A DNA stretch of 63,580 nt, filler included, from Choristocarpus tenellus KU-1152 (GCA_964200185.2; 13 parts of 13 records of this genome joined end to end with filler, not necessarily neighbours in it), one strand, 5' to 3'; positions 33,496 to 46,100 are shown, numbered from the whole stretch's first letter. Notes: generated by a model not told the origin, from the sequence alone. Numbers and translations: made by a program.

Positions 33496-36066
33496 ATGCA
33501 CTCCAGTATGCTGTATTGTGTGGCGATCGGACTTGCGTCGCCCGTGCTGGCTTTCATGCCTTCCGGGGGCCTTCGCCTGCCCATGTCCTCGTCTCCACCT
33601 TCCCGAACGTTTGCCAACAGGTGCATGCAACGAAGCGACTACAGTGGATCACTTTTTAATACCCCTTTTGTGTTTGCAACTGAATAGCATGTATTTGCTT
33701 GTGTTGGTTTATCGAAATTGGCTGGCGTTGCACCGTGACGCTAACTTCAACGAGGGAAAGAGGTAGTGGGCTCCCTGATATTTTGATATTTTAAATTGGT
33801 TGCGAGGCATGTTGTTGCCCAACAGGGAATCGAGTCATAGAAGATAGATCACAGATACCCTGGGAGAGACATAAACAAACTGGTTTTCCTGGAGGAATGG
33901 GAGGATGGCCTAGAGGAGACAGGAGTGGGTGAGGTGTAAGATGGAGTGTTTGGTATGCTAAGGTGTTGGATAGTAGACCATGTTAAGACTACACGAATTG
34001 GTGCGCAGAAGCGATGTTGTACGCTAAGCAACATCGACATAAAAGGATTTGGAATGGTTGCAACATACTAGCAGGCACCTTCTCTATCCCTAACCAAAGG
34101 TGGGTGCTTTGCGGCAAAGGAACGGGCGATAGCACCAGCCTGTTTGGTTGCTGAAGCACTATACACTATACAAACAGGTGGCGGGGGGAGAACCTTATAA
34201 ATGTTTTCCCTTTCTGCACCATCATATGCAGACTTGATATAATGAGCTATCGATTGGCGTCCCAACTGCCGGGATTCAACCCATTTGATTTGTGCACGAT
34301 CACTGATCCCGATCATGCTGCCCCGTTGCCATAACCACACCTCATTAGCGTGCAGCCAACATGTATGATGTCGCTGGGGGGGCAAACTCGTGGAGAGGTG
34401 CTCCAGACGCTTTGGAAGGCAGCCTTGACGACGGGAACCGTTCAGGGCCTGCTTGCCTCTCCCGCATTCGCTGGCGAGGTGGGCCATTATGCATTTGCAT
34501 CGGGAATGGACGGTCTCCATTTTAGATACTTGATTGGGGGCTTGCCGAATTTGTCGTTTGTGATCTGATCATACTTTGTGAGTCTCTTATATCCACGCAA
34601 CTATCAGAAAAGGTGAGGGCCGTGTACATGCGGGGAGATGGCAACCCTGGTGAGGCAGCACTGCACAACTTCCACTTCAAGTGGTGTACCTGTTTGTCCC
34701 TCCCTGAACACCAATTGGGTCCTCGTACACCATCTCGACGCACAAGCAAGCACACACGCACGCACGCGTTTGAAAACTTAAGGGGTCGCTGCTGCATACC
34801 TGACCATTTCCTCACCACGGCCTGTACAAAGTGGCGCACAAAGATTAATGACCTCAAAATGACCCCTGAATACTCCTAAAAAAGACCTTGGTGACAGAGA
34901 GCGGCCTCCGGATCAACAAGCTGGTGGAAGGCAAAGGAGCGGCGTGTGTAGTGGGGGACCTAGCAGGCGTGAGGTTCAAGGGCAACTTCGGCAGTTACGA
35001 GTTTGACAATGTCTTCAACACCCCCGAGCCATACTACACGAGGGTGGGAGCCGGAACCCTAGTCAAGGTGTGTTTCATGGGACGGAGATAAGTTGAAGTG
35101 ATGCATTGCTTTTGTCACTGCAGATACCCTAGTCAAGGTGTGTTTCAGGGAACGGAGATAAGTTGAAGTGATGCATTGTTTTTTTTGTCTCTGCAGATAC
35201 GGGGGGGGGGNNNNNNNNNNTGTGTTGTTTTGTTGTGTGTGGTTTTGGGGGGGGGAAGTAGCGGATTGGTATCGCTCTTTGTATTCTTTTTTTTTTGTTC
35301 AAGGAGCGACATTGGCTTTGCCCTCGGCCCTTATTGCTTTTCCCATGCTGTGACAGAAACGGTCTGTATCTCTTACTCAGGCTGTGAGGAATTTTATCCA
35401 CCGCTGCTGCTGCTGCTGCTGCAGAGCTCTCCTTTGCTTTGCTGTTGAATCGTACCGAAATCGTCGTCCATACCATACCAAAACTACACCCAGTGTGAGG
35501 TATTTTTATTATATTGCACAGTCGGAGCACACTTTTTTTTTTGCGAGACTTTCGGTTTTTTTTAGTAATTTACGCTTCGTTTTTTTTTTTTCTGTGCGTT
35601 TATTTCTTGAACCTTTTTCTTAATCTATTTATTTTATTTATTTTTGAAATAATTGTGTATCCCGACGTTACGCCCTTCTTTTTTTTTTAGGTTTCGTAAC
35701 ATCCAAATAAAATAGTTAAATATTCTACGATACTGTCTATCCATCCAAATAGTTATAAATAAAATAGTTGAGTAGTTAAGCGGTTCCACTGCAGTCAACT
35801 CGGCAGTGCGTTTGCAAACCTTAGGGTTAGGGTTAGGGTTATAGGGTTAGCATTGCATGTCCCTTCTCCGGTGAATCCAATCAATCCCCTTTCCTAGCCA
35901 GTTGATCGTTATCCTTATCAGACCCAACTGACTTCTCAACCTCTCTCGGGCAGGGCATGGACGAAGCAATAAGCATGATGCATTTGGGTGACAAGTGGGA
36001 GCTCACCTGCAACGCAGACCTCGCCTTTGGGAACCAGGGACGCCCTCCCAGCCCGGGGAGACCGAG
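33496..36066 (+). CDS. Plastid, likely thylakoid-lumen, FKBP-type peptidyl-prolyl isomerase (last exon uncertain)
   Basis: Signal peptide ending VLA-FMP, a Ser/Arg-rich transit peptide, a second signal ending PAFA, then VTESGLRINKLVEGKG..GD..VRFKG (34885-35067) and GMDEAISMMHLGDKWEL..LAFG..G (35954-36066). Confidence 0.9.
35056..35198 (+). repeat. ~70-bp tandem duplication spanning an FKBP exon/intron junction
   Basis: ACCCTAGTCAAGGTGTGTTTCA..GGAGATAAGTTGAAGTGATGCATTG..CTGCAGAT occurs twice. Confidence 0.95.
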
Positions 36067-36209
36067 GTTTGTCTGCAGACGCCTTCGCATATTAATATTT
36101 TATTATTATTATTATTATTCATTTTTCTCGGTGCAAAACCGCTCTACATTGCTGTACTCTTTTTTTTATTTTGGTTAGGGATAGGGATAGGGTTAGGGTT
36201 AGGGTTAGG
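35821..36209 (+). repeat. Interstitial telomere-like (TTAGGG)n tracts at 35821-35850 and 36175-36209
   Basis: Directly visible in the introns on either side of an FKBP exon. Confidence 0.85.
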
Positions 36210-38623
36210 CTTTTGAACGATATGTGTCGCAGCGTGTGTGAAAGGATGGTAGTAATAATCACCTAATCATCACGTAATAATAATAATAATAATAATAATC
36301 CGTCTTCGCCTGTCAAGGGTCCTTACTCTCTGTTCCATATTTTGAATTTCGAATTGTTGTGTGTTGCAAAAAAAAAAAAAAAAAACAAAAAAAAAAAAGA
36401 AATCCTCGACCTTGTTCGGTGTGTCAGGGAAAAAAAAAACTAGAAAAAAAACAAGAGTTGAGCATCAGCCATGTTTTGTTTTGTTTTTTTAGAGTTGAGT
36501 CAGTCGACTGCGTAACTGTTCAATTTGAACGAGAGTTGTTGCGGTGAGCGTTACTGTTTTCATTCACTAGCTCCACGCAGAGTTTTTTTATTTTTTAACC
36601 GGAGTACATTTTATTTTATATATATATATGTATAGTGTTCGTGAATTTCTTACTGTACTACCTTTTTGTACTACTTTTTATTATTATTAGTCTAGTCTGG
36701 TGTAAAATAAAAAAAATAAAAAAATCTTTGCTAGATTTGGGACGCCGTCGGATTTTGCTCTAGTTTTTTTTTTTTCTTAGCGTGAGGTTGCCCTAATGAT
36801 GCTAAGGAAAAAAAAAAATATAGGAGGAGCTCGTAAGCACCACCTGGGGGTGGATCTACACCTCGCTCTCTTGAGCAGTGTGTGGCTACCATGAGATGAG
36901 ACGCGGAAAAAAAAAAAAAAAACACGCCTCCCCAAGTATGGCATTATTTTTGTTAGCGAGTATGCGCAACCTCCCAACCAGGGATGTAAGGGGGGGCGAA
37001 AAAGATGATTAGCTTTTTGAGCGGAGCTAGTTCCAAGCAAAGTTCAAACTAGTATCAGTATCTTTTTTGTGCTTGCATTATTGTATTGCTATAACAACTA
37101 TGAAATTTTTTTGAGTATTTCAGCGTTTACAAAGGAATTTTAGCTAAAAAAGAATCAAAATTGCAACTATTATAACTTTGGGGGGGGGGGGGGGGGGGGG
37201 GTGGGGGGGTGGGGCGGAGCCACGGGGGGTGNNNNNNNNNNNNNNNNNNNNNNNNNNNNNNNNNNNNNNNNNNNNTTAATTAATTAANNNNNNNNNNNNN
37301 NNNNNNNNNNNNNNNNNNNNNNNNNNNNNNNGGGGATGTAGTGCACAAGGAGATACTGAAAAACAGAAGAGTTTTTTTTTTTTTTTTTTTGAGACACGTA
37401 TTTTTAACACCAAGCGCATTTTAAGATGAAACGAGCATTGATTGCAGTCACCGTTTGTTAAATCAGTTGTATCATCATCACAACAATGACTTGAACAACC
37501 TTCAGCACATTAAATGTACCACAGGAAAAATGGAGTTAGGGGTTATTTTTTCCCAGGTGAGCTTGGCCGCAATACTGGGCTATGATAGCAGAAGGTCCAA
37601 GCAAGTAAAACTCACCTTGTATACACTATTGATTGCGTTCACTGCATCAAACCGAAAAAATAAATAGCATAGTCCGTGCACATCAGTTGCTTCCCAAGTG
37701 CTTCGTATGTACTGGTACTCATAGAACAGTTGAAAATAGTGGTACTTATATTACAATGGACATTATGTTATTGGTACAAGAGAAATGGGTTGCTCCACAG
37801 TGTTTGGTATTCCGTTGTTGTATGTACCTCCCTACCCTCTAGAGGATTGAGTCTCATTTAATTGGCCTATCAGTCCCCTGAAAAAGAATTGTTTAAGGAA
37901 ACTATTGGAGAGTAAACATTCCTGACAAAGAAGCAGTCATGCCATGAACAATGTTCCAACTGATTGCTGCTGGTCTTCGCCTCCTGTTGTTACAAGGCCT
38001 CCAAGAGTAGATACACCTGCTACACCTCTCCCCAAGTAAGTGTGCCGTGATCCAGTCCATGGTACCTCTCTATACCCTAGCGGACCTTTCCAGACACTAG
38101 AGTAACCCACTCCCACACTGGAATGGCCATACACCATGCCTTACACCAGTCAGCCATAAGGAGTCTAAAGGGACAAAGCGATACACAACTTGACAGGGCA
38201 CTACTAGAAAGGAAGGGCAACATGACACGTCAGAATCCCCTCCCCCTTCCGTTGTGTAGCTGAGTGAATCCCTTCAAAGGAGTACTATGAGAAATACTCC
38301 AGAGCATGTTTGGTGTAGTGGCGGCAAGGTAAGCATTTCCTCTTCTAACATGCAGGTTCTCAAAGTCTACCTCTTTTTAGAAGTTTGATCCACCAGGTGA
38401 AGGGATACAAACCAGCATAAATGTGGTGTATGTTTTATTCCGAGCATATACTGCATTGGCAAAGGGTTCCTCACCCTCAAACCAAGGACCACACAACTTA
38501 TGGTATGTTATTTTTATATTTAGTGATTCTTCACAAAAAAACAGCTATTTTTGTCTTTTAGTCTATATGCATAGAGTTACAGTACAATTTTTTGACAATC
38601 TACACAACGAGGAATGACAGGTC

Positions 38624-38711
38624 TCATCCTAATGAACATGTTTTAGGTTGAAACGTCTGGTTGCGTCAACTACCAACTCTGTTAGTGTCAACATTACTAA
38701 CAAAAGCAATC
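38624..38711 (+). other. Degenerate hammerhead-ribozyme-like motif (Penelope/retrozyme-type repeat remnant?)
   Basis: CTAATGA(AC..GTT)GAAACGTC-TGGTTG: core boxes in the right order and spacing, with A in place of G in the CUGAUGA box. Confidence 0.4.
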
Positions 38712-39265
38712 CCTATTATCTTGAAGCATCTGATATATATATATAATATATACATACACATATACAGTATATAACATTATGTTTTTGATGTGCATGCACC
38801 GCCTCCACGAACACCATTCAAGAAAGAAAAGGCTAGAGTACACGACTACTTGTCAATTTTAGTTGTTGTGTAAATCAACTTCAAAAAGTTTACCGTGGAC
38901 AAGCAAGCACATGACAGGGATTGGACCAACAAAGTCAACTTGAGTGCACTTGGACACACGAAACCATAGATAGGAGAAAACTTCAGAAGCACATAGACAA
39001 GAACAAAAACGAAACTAGTATTTGCAGCACATTAAATAGTACCTCAACTTCTGTCTTTTAAGGCACTTCCGTGCATGGCATCAGTCCATCCATGTGGTTG
39101 GTAGATTTTCATCAACGGGTGAACTACAGGTTGGAGTGACCTCTGTAGGACTCCTTCAAAAGGAAGGGCTCCCAACTCTGGCATTAATCTAGTATTACCA
39201 GCATATCTCCTCCTACATACGTCGACCCTTCCATCACCCAGCATTCTGCAGTGGGCATGTCATCT

Positions 39266-40543
39266 CTAACAGCCTCCATCCTCACCCCTCATATCGGAAG
39301 ACCCTCCCCCTGACCAGAGCGCAAGAAGACTTTGCTGGTGCAGTGAACCTGCCTTTGGTCCTGACCTTTTCTCATCTCCAGGTTGAATGGAAGTTACTCC
39401 TGACCTACCTTGGCGATAACGAAGACCCCGGTTCCGACCAGACCCTCTGCCCCTACCTCTACCTCTACTACGCTGGACCAACACCAAGTTCCGGCGTGGA
39501 CAGCTGTTCTGACCTTGGACCAGACTTGAACTCTGATCTTCTGAGTCTGTCCTCTCACCCCTCCGCTGCCTTCGCTGATCGTGACCCTGCTCAACTTCAA
39601 CATCCTCGTCCCTGGAATGAATACCAACAACAGAACGTGGGTATTGTGTGGAATGTCCAAGGACCTGCTCCTCCGCCAATGTTGCATTCAAACCTCTTCC
39701 AGGGGCACTGCGCTGGTTATTTTCATCATTTTGATCCTCTCCTTGTTGGATCGCCATCTGGAACCGAGTGTTGGTCAGCGAAAGGGGCCGGAGAGGGGAT
39801 AGATGACCTCCAACCCCATCTCGGCCTCCTGAGTACCCCAGTATAGAACGGACCACAAAGGGTTCACTCCCACCTCTTTCAAGTCTCCTTGTCCTGCTGC
39901 CAGCGCCAGGATCAGTAACTGACCGCCTTTCCACCCTTGGACTTAACCCTAACCCTGCTTCCCTGCGGGACACTACCTGCCTATCCATCCTTCCCATATC
40001 CTCCAAGTCTCCTTCCATTGGCTGCGGCCCACTTCCAGTCCCTTCATCTCTCACCGCTACAGGTGCAGCCACAGGCGTCTCTGGTGGGGATGGCGATGAC
40101 ATTGAGCACTGCCCTTTTTCTACCCGTCGCCCTGACTCTACTGGCAAAGCTCTACCGGGGCCGAACTTACCAAATCCTTCCCACATCTCGCCAAGTATCT
40201 CCCCCCTCACCCCATCCTCCTCTCGGTTCCACCCTTGTCCAATAGCAAACTCTCTTCCCACCCCTCTCCTGCCCACCATCCCACCAGCCCGAGGAGTAGC
40301 CCCTGCGTGAGTGCCATGGTGGCGGCCTGGGTTGGCTACAAGGCCACGACGTAAATCGCCGGCTGGGTACTGCCTTCCTTGGAAGGCGGGAGGTAGAGAC
40401 CCATTGCGACTTGGGAGGTTTGCGGCGTGACTTCGCCCTCGGCCTAGGGCCCAGACTCGAACAGTCTCATCATCAGAGCATGTGGCAAGCTTGAAGGCCT
40501 CCGACCTGCACCAGGTCACCCCCGTGACTTCATTTGCATGACC
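39266..40543 (-). CDS. DTL: CDT2/DTL-like WD40 protein, terminal exon
   Basis: GHANEVTGVTWCRSEAFKLATCSDDETVRVW matches the last CDT2 WD repeat; followed by a long low-complexity tail ending in PIP-box-like QQSLLALW. Confidence 0.8.
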   Translation of the reverse strand, partial: GHANEVTGVTWCRSEAFKLATCSDDETVRVWALGRGRSHAANLPSRNGSLPPAFQGRQYPAGDLRRGLVANPGRHHGTHAGATPRAGGMVGRRGVGREFAIGQGWNREEDGVRGEILGEMWEGFGKFGPGRALPVESGRRVEKGQCSMSSPSPPETPVAAPVAVRDEGTGSGPQPMEGDLEDMGRMDRQVVSRREAGLGLSPRVERRSVTDPGAGSRTRRLERGGSEPFVVRSILGYSGGRDGVGGHLSPLRPLSLTNTRFQMAIQQGEDQNDENNQRSAPGRGLNATLAEEQVLGHSTQYPRSVVGIHSRDEDVEVEQGHDQRRQRRGERTDSEDQSSSLVQGQNSCPRRNLVLVQRSRGRGRGRGSGRNRGLRYRQGRSGVTSIQPGDEKRSGPKAGSLHQQSLLALWSGGGSSDMRGEDGGC

Positions 40544-41993
40544 CTAGGAGGATTTTGATTCAATGTTCCGGTTTGGAGGGGTTGGGAAGACGTTGGGTCA
40601 GACGCACGACACGGGCGGTTATGGTGGTGAGAGGGGATTGGCTGGGGGGGGCCCTGTAAGCGAAGCGGGGTGAGCGAGCATACCCTTTGCTTTTACCCAG
40701 TGGCGCCACAAGCGTAATTAAACAGACCCGTTAGGTGGCAAATGAAATAAAATAATGCTCAACTCTGCAGCACGGCACAGTCGAAACACAAGACACGGAG
40801 TTGCTTGAAGGCGTGCTGGTTGTGCCCTTGTTGATGGCTCAGAGCACAGCAGAAGACTTCGATGTCAATAGCTCTATAGGTATTTTCCTCCATCATGTAT
40901 GTGGGGGCTGACACCAAGATCAGGCACCACAAGTACGTTAGTGAATACAACAATCTCCAGCTTACCACTTAGAACACATTCCAATTTGATGTCCCCCTTC
41001 CCCACAATGTGAAGTGTGCGAGGCACAAGTGCAGCACTTCCGAGTATTTTATTGTTCAGTGCAGTCACAAGGCAATGGCAAGGTATTGAGTGTTGGGGAA
41101 AGAACATGCATGCTTTTGAACACTGAACAAGAAATTTCTTCGTAGATTACATCTTTCAAACGAACAAGAATGCCCTTGCGAGTTAGTTAGAAGAAGTACC
41201 TAATGATTTGGAACATGCCTGTCATGAGGTGACTTCAACTTCCATCTACACTTCTGGGGATGTGTATGAACTGGGGGGGGGGGGGGGGGGGAAGGATACA
41301 CCACTCCAAAGGGGGGATAGGCAAGGGNNNNNNNNNNNNNNNNNNNNNNNNNNNNNNNNNNNNNNNNNNNNTTAATTAATTAANNNNNNNNNNNNNNNNN
41401 NNNNNNNNNNNNNNNNNNNNNNNNNNNTTTTGGTCCAAAGGGACACCTTGGTGGAGAACCCCCCCCCCCTCCCAGATACTTTGGGTCAAATGACACCAGG
41501 AAGTTAAAGGTGACTCTCAATTAGGAAAACAGTAGTTAACCTGGGAGAATCATGAATTGGGTCGCCTCTTGCCAGTGTGTAGTACCCGAATTTTGTGTTT
41601 TCGGTGTTGGGTGTGCCAGGTTTGCTCCGTTTTCATTCTTTCTTTCCAAATGAGTCTTGTGTGTCATTTCCATTTGGAAAATCGCCTGTACATTAATTCA
41701 AAGTGCAAGTGTGCCTTACCCTAAATTGATGACATGAGCAACTGGAAAGCATGTGTGAGCAGTCCAAGAGGAAATGACGGTGTTATTTTTTTCTAAATTA
41801 TATTCCATACATGCACAGAGAAGAGGATTGGGCTCTCCCCCTTTTGTCCACCAATCTCAAATTTTGAGTGTTCAAGTCAATAAGTCTATTGTTGCAGGTG
41901 ATTCCAGAACCTTGGTGTAAAACAAGAAGTAAGGCGAACCTCTGTTCATAATCCAACGTATAAACACCGCACAATAGACACGCTAGTTTCTCT

Positions 41994-43043
41994 TCACCTG
42001 TTCGAACCATCTCCAGCTATCACCATGTTTGAGAGTACGGGAACCTTAGATTTCCATCGCAAAGGCTTCATTCCCTCTCCTTCGTTACCCGTACCCCTCA
42101 ATGTGGATGCGACGTTGCCAGTCAGCAAAACCTGCCGAGATGATTGGAACCTCAGCTCAGGCCTTAGTTTGTCCTGATCATCCCCCAAATAGAGAGAATC
42201 TGGAGCAGGGGCAACAGCACCTCTTCCATGTTTCCCTTTCGTCTTGCCAAACCCTCGCCGCGAAGACCCAAGCTTGTCCTCGTAGGTATATACTACTGGT
42301 TGAGATCTTCTGCTGCACTCAGCGGACTCTGGGATGGAGCTAGGGGTTTTTCTTTCCCCATTCTGGCACGAACTTTGACCCTTATAATTACTTCCACAGG
42401 CACCTGCTTTATTATAATACTTCCGTGTGACACCATTCTCTACCATCGAGGATACTGTATGTGATGCTCTGACGGATATGGGGTGCCAGGTCTCCTGTTT
42501 CAAGGCGATGCGCTGATGTGAGAAGCCTTTGTTAGTGGTGAGAGGAAGACTTTCCCCTGCCCATTTAGGGAGATTTGATGCATGTTGTGGATCCTCCAAC
42601 CCGGACTTATTCTCCCTGCGTCTGATCTCCGGTTGGCACTGGAGGTGTCGAAATGGCGAGGAAGTATCCTCACACCCACTATTATCCACCCCTAATATTT
42701 TGTGAGATGCTTCTCTAACTATGACCAAGCGGACGGAAGGCATCGCTCCTCCCTCTGATCCCCTTCGAAACATTTTATGGTTTGTAAGACTCGTCTTCGG
42801 GTATAAATAGACCTTGCTTGCATGTAATACTCATCTTCCCAACAAACAAGAAAATTATCAGTTTCAAGATACTCCTCGATTGTTTATGGGGACTTCTAAA
42901 GGAATGGGGCGTCGGTAAATCAACTTACCTTTACACCATTTTTAACTTGATGATTTGGGAGTGAGAGAGTCCATCGAGATAGGAGAGACTGTCGAAGTTT
43001 TCGTCCAACAGAAGCTTCCAACAATCAGGGAATATGTCTTCCA
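41994..43043 (-). CDS. Hypothetical protein divergent from VPS15 (exon structure unresolved)
   Basis: 259-codon open frame at 41994-42773 plus a candidate first exon MEDIFPDCWKLLLDENFDSLSYLDG.. starting at 43043. No family motif recognised. Confidence 0.4.
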
Positions 43044-43140
43044 TACTCTTACTGGTGGACTAGTAATCCGCAGAACAACAGAGGGGGGAGCATAGCACGT
43101 CTGCTGTGCGGAGCCAGGACTGCTCCAGACTTTTGCGCGT

Positions 43141-46100
43141 ATGGGGAATGCCTCCTCGCACACGTATAATGCGGGTGCCACACCTCATGCTGTGGATGCG
43201 CGTGTAATACTGCAACATGATCTCCCAAAATTCATCTACGTGGATCAGTTGGCGAACGGGAAGTTCATCAAGAGCTACAAGTGAGACATTTTAGTCTATA
43301 CACGATCTCCCCCAGCACTTGATTAGTTCCACTTATCCCCGGACCCGTATGGTAGGATCTTTGCAAACGGTATAATGGAAGCGTGAAGAACAAGGTTTTT
43401 TTGTTTGTTTGTGAGGTAGATGACTTTTCCCCAATCACCGCCCCAAGCAATTGCTGCAACGATCGATTGACTGAAGAAGCATCACGAGCAAAATTCCCTC
43501 TACAATGGGATTGCCCTGTCCTGCTGTTGTATGGGAATCTCCACCACTCCAGCGGTAGAAGTAGGCAGCCTGAAACTCACTTGTAAAAATCTTTCCCCTG
43601 AATAACACCAGATGCAAGGTGGACGGCGTTGCTGTTGTAGTGAAAGTGTACATCAAAAGGGACCCGCTTGAGGATCTTCGCGAGGTGGAGGAATCCCTCT
43701 CGCGACTAGTCAAGGTCCTCGATCCCCAAGGATGCCCTAACGTGCTTCCCTACCAGAGGTGGCTCCAATCTACTGTAAGTGAGCAAATAGGTTGTGGTTG
43801 TTAACTCACTCCTCTCTAAGTTCTCAATCATCTTGAAGTCTTGGGCTTGTGAAGCAGCTACATTTCTAATGACAGTCCATAATATCTTAGCCCCTAAGGG
43901 AAGATGGTCGTTAGGCTGTGATCATTACGTATGATATCCCAGTGGAGCATATACCTTTACATTGACTTAATGCAGTCATTAGCAGACAACACCAATTTAT
44001 TATTTCCAGAGTACTCGAACTTGAAGTAGTATTGTGGGTTTGGGTTGCTTGCCCTGGCGAGGATATTTCTATATCTTTCATGTAGGTGCTAACCCCATTA
44101 ATACCAGGTCCATTGCTAACGCTGTATACGGTCTGATAGTGATGAGAACCCCAGTCGTGGTAAGATGAAGTGGGAAAAGCTCTGTTTATCATCAACAAGT
44201 GTCAACAACCAACTCTTGGGGAAAGTTCTTCCAATTTCTCTTCATTTTAGTGCCGCAATGTCATGAGAGTTTGCAGACCTTTTCTAGACAATGCATCAAG
44301 TACTGTTTTTAGGTAGGGTTGTCCTACAGCTGTTGCGTTACTTCAACTGAATGTGTAACTCTGCTTGACACTTTATATTTTGTGTAAGGTCCATTGTGTC
44401 TCCACATTCTAGTATAGGATCAGGCCAGTGCAACTGTGCCTCTACTGGGAAAACGAAGGTCTAGCCAGCAACTGCCCTTGGAATCCGTGACTACCCACCC
44501 CTTGCTCCCCCTGTCCCAACTTGTCCTGCCACAAACGCTCCTTTGTATTACGTACCTACCTCACCTGGATTTTTTTTGTACAAGGTCCGTGCCAGCCAGC
44601 ATCGGGGGGCAGGGACTCCCGCTTACTTAATCCGTCAGCATTTGCTAGGAACACTCCGAGACCGTCTCTCAACTCGCCCCTTCCTCACTTCCGTGGAGAA
44701 GCGCTGGATGGTGTACCAGTTGCTATGTGCAACAGCACAGTGTCACGAGAGGGGTGTGTGTCATGGTGACATCAAGAGTAAGAATGTCCTGGTGACCTCC
44801 TGCAACTGGTTGCTCCTCACAGACTTTGCCCCTTTCAAGCCCACGTACCTGCCGGTGAGTTAGCTTGAGCACCTAACGGCTCCAGGACCATGGCCAATAC
44901 GGGGGGGAGGGCAAGCAGTAGGTACTGGTCACGGTATGTGTTGTACTATTTGTGGACTTATGAATAAATGTGTTTTATGTGTGTATTTTGTGCTTTGGAC
45001 ATTAATTTGTGAATCCCTTGACTCTTGTGCTATGGCAAGTGGATCTTGATTATCCTGCCCGAGCCTGACGTTCTGCAGCACACCTTGCTTCAGCTATTGA
45101 AGCCCTGCTACACCCATATGGAGCATGCTGTTGTCTAGCATGCAGAAGTACTCGAAACAAGTCTTGAAAAAAAAACTTGCTCTCTGTGCCTCACCTTACG
45201 GCCTTGCACCCAGAATGCTAATTGCCACAACAGAGGTTTTGCTTTCAGGTCATAAGTGCATTTTGTTTTATGTTTTTAGGGCGGTTAATGTCATGCAGTA
45301 CTAGCTTTTGCACCATTTTTCGATTCTCCACAGCAAGTCTCAACTCCGCTCGTCCCTCTTGGCACTCTTGTGTCACCGCCCCCTATTGTACCTCCCCTTA
45401 CCCTGCCAATTCCACAGGATGATCACCCGGCAGATGCCAACTACTACTTCACCTCTGGTGAGCAGGGCCGCTGCTATCTTGCACCAGAACGCCTTCGTAG
45501 TGCGGGTGGGGGTGGAGTGGATGGAGGCGTTGGGGGTGCTGAAGGACTGCGAGACCTGGTGTGTATGCGTGTGTGCATGTGTGTGTGAGTGTGATCCCTT
45601 GTATATCCCTTACAGCAAGAGCGTGGTTGATTACATTAAGCCAGAAACCACAGACCCTGCTATTTTTTTCAGTGTTGTGCCCTATATGAGTACTCCAAGA
45701 AAAGATTGATCTCAGAGAATGTTTTTACTATAGGGTATTTGTGGCCACTGTCCCCTCAACACTTTGATCCCTTTCTGGTAGATCCTCTCAGAAGCCAACT
45801 ATCCTGGAAGAGCTCTTGACCATGTCCGCCCTTTAGCGCTTGACTGTAATACCCCTTGCTTGGTTTTCCTGTTGGGACTCTCTACCCCAAGGATGCATGT
45901 GAACTTTCTCCTACCTTGCCTCCTCGAGACAAAATGACTCAAGATGGGTTGGCAAGCGGAGGTGGCAGTAAGGTCATTGGTCAGGGTCAATTGGACTCCA
46001 GTTCTGAGGTTGGATCGACTGCGAGTGGCGTATTTGGCAGTGGTGGCAATGGAGCAGAGGGTGGTGGAAGGGGCCGGGTTGGAGGAGGCCTCAAAGAATC

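Noticed and set aside
36493-36547. Candidate FKBP last exon RVESVDCVTVQFERELLR*
   Set aside because: Phase-compatible and weakly like 'xFEVEL', but lacks the expected (I/V)PPN motif. The true exon may lie beyond the contig.
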